The notes below the pieces were generated by a model. It ran no database searches. It was given only the letters and a program-made list of their open reading frames with translations, and was not told the DNA's origin. A DNA stretch of 64,000 nucleotides, from contig CAMDWG010000010.1 in the NCBI GenBank assembly GCA_945878375.1, positions 22,646 through 86,645 of the forward strand, written 5' to 3'. Shown here piece after piece: positions 60,106-64,000 of this stretch (its first letter is position 1; each line of letters begins with the position of its first letter). This DNA comes from Roseomonas mucosa (GTDB lineage: Bacteria; Pseudomonadota; Alphaproteobacteria; Acetobacterales; Acetobacteraceae). The position numbers and the translations under genes are program-made.

Positions 60106-61074
60106 TCACCCCCACGGGTTCCTGCGCCCGCCCTGCCCCCAGGGCCCCGGACGCGAAGGCTGAACGCGCGGCGGGGCCGGCGGGATGCCCGCGGATCCGC
60201 CGCCCGACGAGATTCCTTCAGGCGGGCCCATCCCCCCCGCCATCCGCTCAAGCGCCGCCACGCGGTTCGCCGTGGCAGGGTGGGTGGAGAACAGCCCGTC
60301 CATCCGCAACCCCGAAAGCGGGTTGATGATGAACACATGCGCGCTGGCCGGATTGGCCTCCGCCGCCTCATTCAGCCGGCCCTGCTTGTACTGTTCCAGG
60401 CGCAGCAACGCGGATGCCAGGCCGCGCGGATCGCCGGCGATCTCAGCGCCGATGCGGTCGGCCTCGTATTCGCGAGACCGGCTGACGGCCATCTGCACGA
60501 TCATCGCCGCGATGGGCGCAAGGACGACCAGCAGGATCGTGCCGATCGGGCCGAAGGCGTTGTTGCGCTGATTGCTACGCCCGAACACCATCCCGAACTG
60601 CGCCAGCATGCCGATCGCACCCGCCAGCGTCGCGGTGATGGTCATGATCAGCGTGTCGCGGTTCTTGATATGCGCCAGCTCATGCGCGATCACGCCGGCG
60701 ACCTCGCGCTCGCTCATCATGTCGAGCAGGCCGGTATTCACCGCGACGGCCCCCTTCTCCGGGCTGCGGCCGGTGGCGAAGGCGTTGGGCTGGTCCTCAT
60801 GGATCACATAGAGCTTGGGCATCGGCAGACCGGCGCGGGATGCGAGGGCGGCCGTCATCGCGTAAAGTCGCGGGGCGTCCTGCGGCCCGATGGGCTGGGC
60901 GTTGTGCATCCCCAGCACCACGCGGTCGCTGTTCCACCAGGCGAAGACATTCATCCCGCAGGCAAGGACGAAGGCGAGGATCATCCCCTGTTCGCCCGCG
61001 ATGGCGAAGCCGACGGCGGCGAAGAGCGCCGTGAGCCCGGCGAGGAGAAGGGCTGTACGGACATAGCCGGCCAT
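60106..61074 (-). CDS. htpX: Zinc metalloprotease HtpX
   Basis: [29 protein letters not shown] motifs. Confidence 0.95.
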   Translation of the reverse strand: MAGYVRTALLLAGLTALFAAVGFAIAGEQGMILAFVLACGMNVFAWWNSDRVVLGMHNAQPIGPQDAPRLYAMTAALASRAGLPMPKLYVIHEDQPNAFATGRSPEKGAVAVNTGLLDMMSEREVAGVIAHELAHIKNRDTLIMTITATLAGAIGMLAQFGMVFGRSNQRNNAFGPIGTILLVVLAPIAAMIVQMAVSRSREYEADRIGAEIAGDPRGLASALLRLEQYKQGRLNEAAEANPASAHVFIINPLSGLRMDGLFSTHPATANRVAALERMAGGMGPPEGISSGGGSAGIPPAPPRVQPSRPGPWGQGGRRNPWG

Positions 61075-61139
61075 GGTCTGACGCTCCCGAATGCGTGCCC
61101 TGCGCGTTGGACGCGCGACAAGATGCCAGGAGACGCTAC

Positions 61140-61400
61140 ATGAGCGCCATGAGCGAAACGGACAACAGGGGCCCGCAGGCCTCGCCCGGCGGCCAGGTGC
61201 CGCTTCCCCCCGATGAACCCGCCGTCCCCCCGCCCGGCCGGCCCGCCCCCGAACCCACGCCCGGGCCGAGCCAGCCGCCCCCCGCCGGCGATCCGCCGAA
61301 GGAAGCGCCGGTGCGGATGAAGGAGGTCGGCGGGCCGGCCGGGCCGGAACCGACCCGCTACGGCGATTGGGAACGGAAGGGCCGGGTCAGCGATTTCTGA
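61140..61400 (+). CDS. DUF1674 family protein
   Basis: C-terminal [25 protein letters not shown]. Confidence 0.9.
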   Translation: MSAMSETDNRGPQASPGGQVPLPPDEPAVPPPGRPAPEPTPGPSQPPPAGDPPKEAPVRMKEVGGPAGPEPTRYGDWERKGRVSDF

Positions 61401-61732
61401 TCGGAAGGCGCCGGCATTGTCATAATGTTTCGCGCGACTCGGGCGCGACAGCGCGAACATGATTGTGGGTCGAAGGCGCCAGAGCCCCCAGGGATTGTGG
61501 TTGCCCGAGTCGCGACTCGGACGCGACTCGGGAGCCTGAAGCGGAACCCGCTTGTGGCCCGGTTCGGCGCCCGGCCCAATCTGTTGTGTGCGGAGAACAT
61601 CCGGCAGGCGCGGATCGGATGTTCGCGCGAATCGGATCAGGCATCTGAAAAGACATGTTTTTTTAGGGATGCCTCGGCCCGCGATTCACCCGGCGTTCCA
61701 GAACCGGGGCGAATCGGGAACGTGCCTCTGAT

Positions 61733-62905
61733 CTAACGAGGGGCCTTCCCGCCCCCCGTCACGGCAAGCCAGGCGGACAAGGCCAGCATGCCCGCCGCCC
61801 CCAGCAGCAGGCTCGGCCCCGGCCCGACCAGCCCCCAGCCCAGCCCCAGCACGACAGGGCCGAGCGATTGGCCGAGGAAGAAGCAGAAGGCATGCAGCGC
61901 CACCGCGCTGCCACGCGCCTGCGGCACCAGTTCCGTCACCCGGGTCTGGATGGCGGAATGGATCATGTAGAAGCCGAGCCCCAGCAGCAGGCATGTGGCC
62001 GCCAGCGCCGTGACCGCCGGCAGCAGCGCCAGCCCCGCCATCCCGAGCGAGGCCATCCCACCCCCGATGGCCACCACCCCGCCCTGGCCGAAGCGGCGGA
62101 GCAGCCAAGGCGCCAGCGCGCCGAACAGGAAGCCGCCGGCGGCGAAGCCCGCGAGCGCGAAGCCCGCTTCCGCCGTCCCGCCCAGGCCGCGCTCGATCAG
62201 CAGCGGCGCGATGAAGGGAAAGACGCCAAAGACCAGCGCGCCTTCCACGAAGACGGCGGCGTAGAGGATCCGCGCCGCACGAAGGCCGAGGATGCCACGG
62301 TAGCGCGCCAGCGCCTCTGGCAGGTTGGGCCGACTGCCGGCCGGCACCTGGTCGCGCCCGCGCATGGACACAACCGCTGCCAGCGTGGCCGCGGCGCAGA
62401 CCAGAAGCACGCTGCGCCAGCCGAAGACGGGTGCCACGAAGATCGCCAGCAGCCCGCCCGCGGCAGACCCCGTGAGACCCGCCACCAGCAGGCGCGAGAG
62501 CGCCACTTGGCGCTTCTCGATGGGCACCAGGTCGCCGATCAGCGCGATGGCCAGCGGGAACACCCCACCCGCCGCCGCCCCCGACAGCACGCGCAGGATG
62601 GACAGCGACAGCAGGTCCGGCGCGGCGGCCGAAACCAGCAGCGTCAAGGCCAGCAGCACGAGGCAGGCGCGGATGACACGGCGCTTGCCGATGGCATCGC
62701 CGACCGGCCCCAGCACGGGCTGCACCAACGCATAGGGCAGGGCATAGGCGCTGCCGAGCAGCGCGACCGTGGCCGCCGCCGCCCCGAATTCCGCGCCGAT
62801 CTCCGCCACCAGCGGATCGAGCGCCCGCCCCGCGAGGACCGAGGCGCAGGCCGCGAGGCCAAGGGTGAGGATCACGCGCTGCGTGGGATCGGGCGGGGAA
62901 GCCAT
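61733..62905 (-). CDS. MFS transporter
   Basis: GPVGDAIGKR motif A; about 12 hydrophobic segments. Confidence 0.88.
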   Translation of the reverse strand: MASPPDPTQRVILTLGLAACASVLAGRALDPLVAEIGAEFGAAAATVALLGSAYALPYALVQPVLGPVGDAIGKRRVIRACLVLLALTLLVSAAAPDLLSLSILRVLSGAAAGGVFPLAIALIGDLVPIEKRQVALSRLLVAGLTGSAAGGLLAIFVAPVFGWRSVLLVCAAATLAAVVSMRGRDQVPAGSRPNLPEALARYRGILGLRAARILYAAVFVEGALVFGVFPFIAPLLIERGLGGTAEAGFALAGFAAGGFLFGALAPWLLRRFGQGGVVAIGGGMASLGMAGLALLPAVTALAATCLLLGLGFYMIHSAIQTRVTELVPQARGSAVALHAFCFFLGQSLGPVVLGLGWGLVGPGPSLLLGAAGMLALSAWLAVTGGGKAPR

Positions 62906-63062
62906 GGGGCGCCGATGTGCGCCCGGTCGGCGTCAGGCGCAATGCGTGCCCCGATCCACACACAGTCTGCTCCGAATGACCACGCAACTGCTCAGCAGGC
63001 CATCCGGCGCAGAGGGGCGGAGGATGGTTTCCCCGCCGCCCCCCCTTCAGTAGAAGCCGCCG

Positions 63063-63498
63063 ATGGACAACAGCACGGCGACCAAGCCCTACAGCAAGCT
63101 GAAGGGCGATCCCTACCGCCTATGACGCATTGCCCGTCGAGGTGCGCCGCGCCCTGCAGGAATCCCTGGTGGATTGGTGCTCCCTGCGGGCCCTGGAATG
63201 GCACCTTCGCCTGCTGCGCCAGGAGAGGTTGCGGCCAGCCCAGGCAACGTCCTTCCTCGTCGCGACCATCCGCAAACAGGATCACGCCGAGGTCGCCGCC
63301 TTCGCGCGGTTATGGCCGAAAGGCGCCGCGGCCTATCCGCACATCGCGGCCGGCGCGACGCTCCAGCGTTATGTCGGGACGGAGGGCATCCCCGCGGCCG
63401 AGCCTGTTCTCGTCACCCGGGCGGCAAAAAAATCCAAGGCACAGGCCAAGCGGAAGACGGCCCCCAAGGTGAAGGCGGGCCGGCGCGGCCGTCGCTGA
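63063..63498 (+). pseudogene. Frameshifted hypothetical gene (DUF6525-like)
   Basis: MDNSTATKPYSKLKGDPY stops at 63123-63125; another frame continues AYDALPVEVRRAL; shift near 63114-63120. Confidence 0.55.
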
Positions 63499-63596
63499 AA
63501 GGCGACGCGTCGCGGCCACACCCCGCCGCCGTGTCCTGACGGGCTCTGCGTTCGTGCGCCGCGGGCCCGCCCGGACCCGCGGCGCGGCGCGCGCGC

Positions 63597-64000
<404 letters not shown>

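Noticed and set aside
61405-61730. oriC, or the 103-aa and 78-aa ORFs in this gap
   Set aside because: TGTGG motifs deviate from TTATCCACA at three or more positions and there is no extended AT-rich unwinding element; the ORFs have no motifs and are explained by the repeats

Overview
High-GC alphaproteobacterial chromosome segment; gene content suggests Acetobacteraceae/Roseomonas-like (inference). It is mostly housekeeping: hppA/ppa, tRNA-Ile2(CAT), SulP, ettA, mlaA/mlaC, metF, chorismate mutase-hisC-tyrA, metX-metW, a split PHB cluster (phbB ... phbA, PhaC-like, phaR), opgH, zapE-mdh-sucCDAB, dnaN-recF-gyrB, copA-cueR-copZ, rsmB, htpX and the 3' end of acs. No CRISPR array, prophage, integrase or transposase was seen. 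The best novel signal is non-coding: two apparently paralogous small RNA genes (16141-16231 minus, ~50962-51077 plus). They share an anti-Shine-Dalgarno core, a small stem with a compensatory base-pair change and matching terminators; the first has a perfect FNR/FixK box at -41.5 and lies divergent from phbB. Also notable: a coupled DUF2786 + HExxH metallohydrolase pair, a GANTC/GcrA-type motif cluster between convergent genes, a recF without a canonical start codon, an amber codon inside copZ, a 218-nt same-strand overlap in the PHA cluster and a 26-nt hairpin array. Family assignments come from recognised motifs, not database searches.
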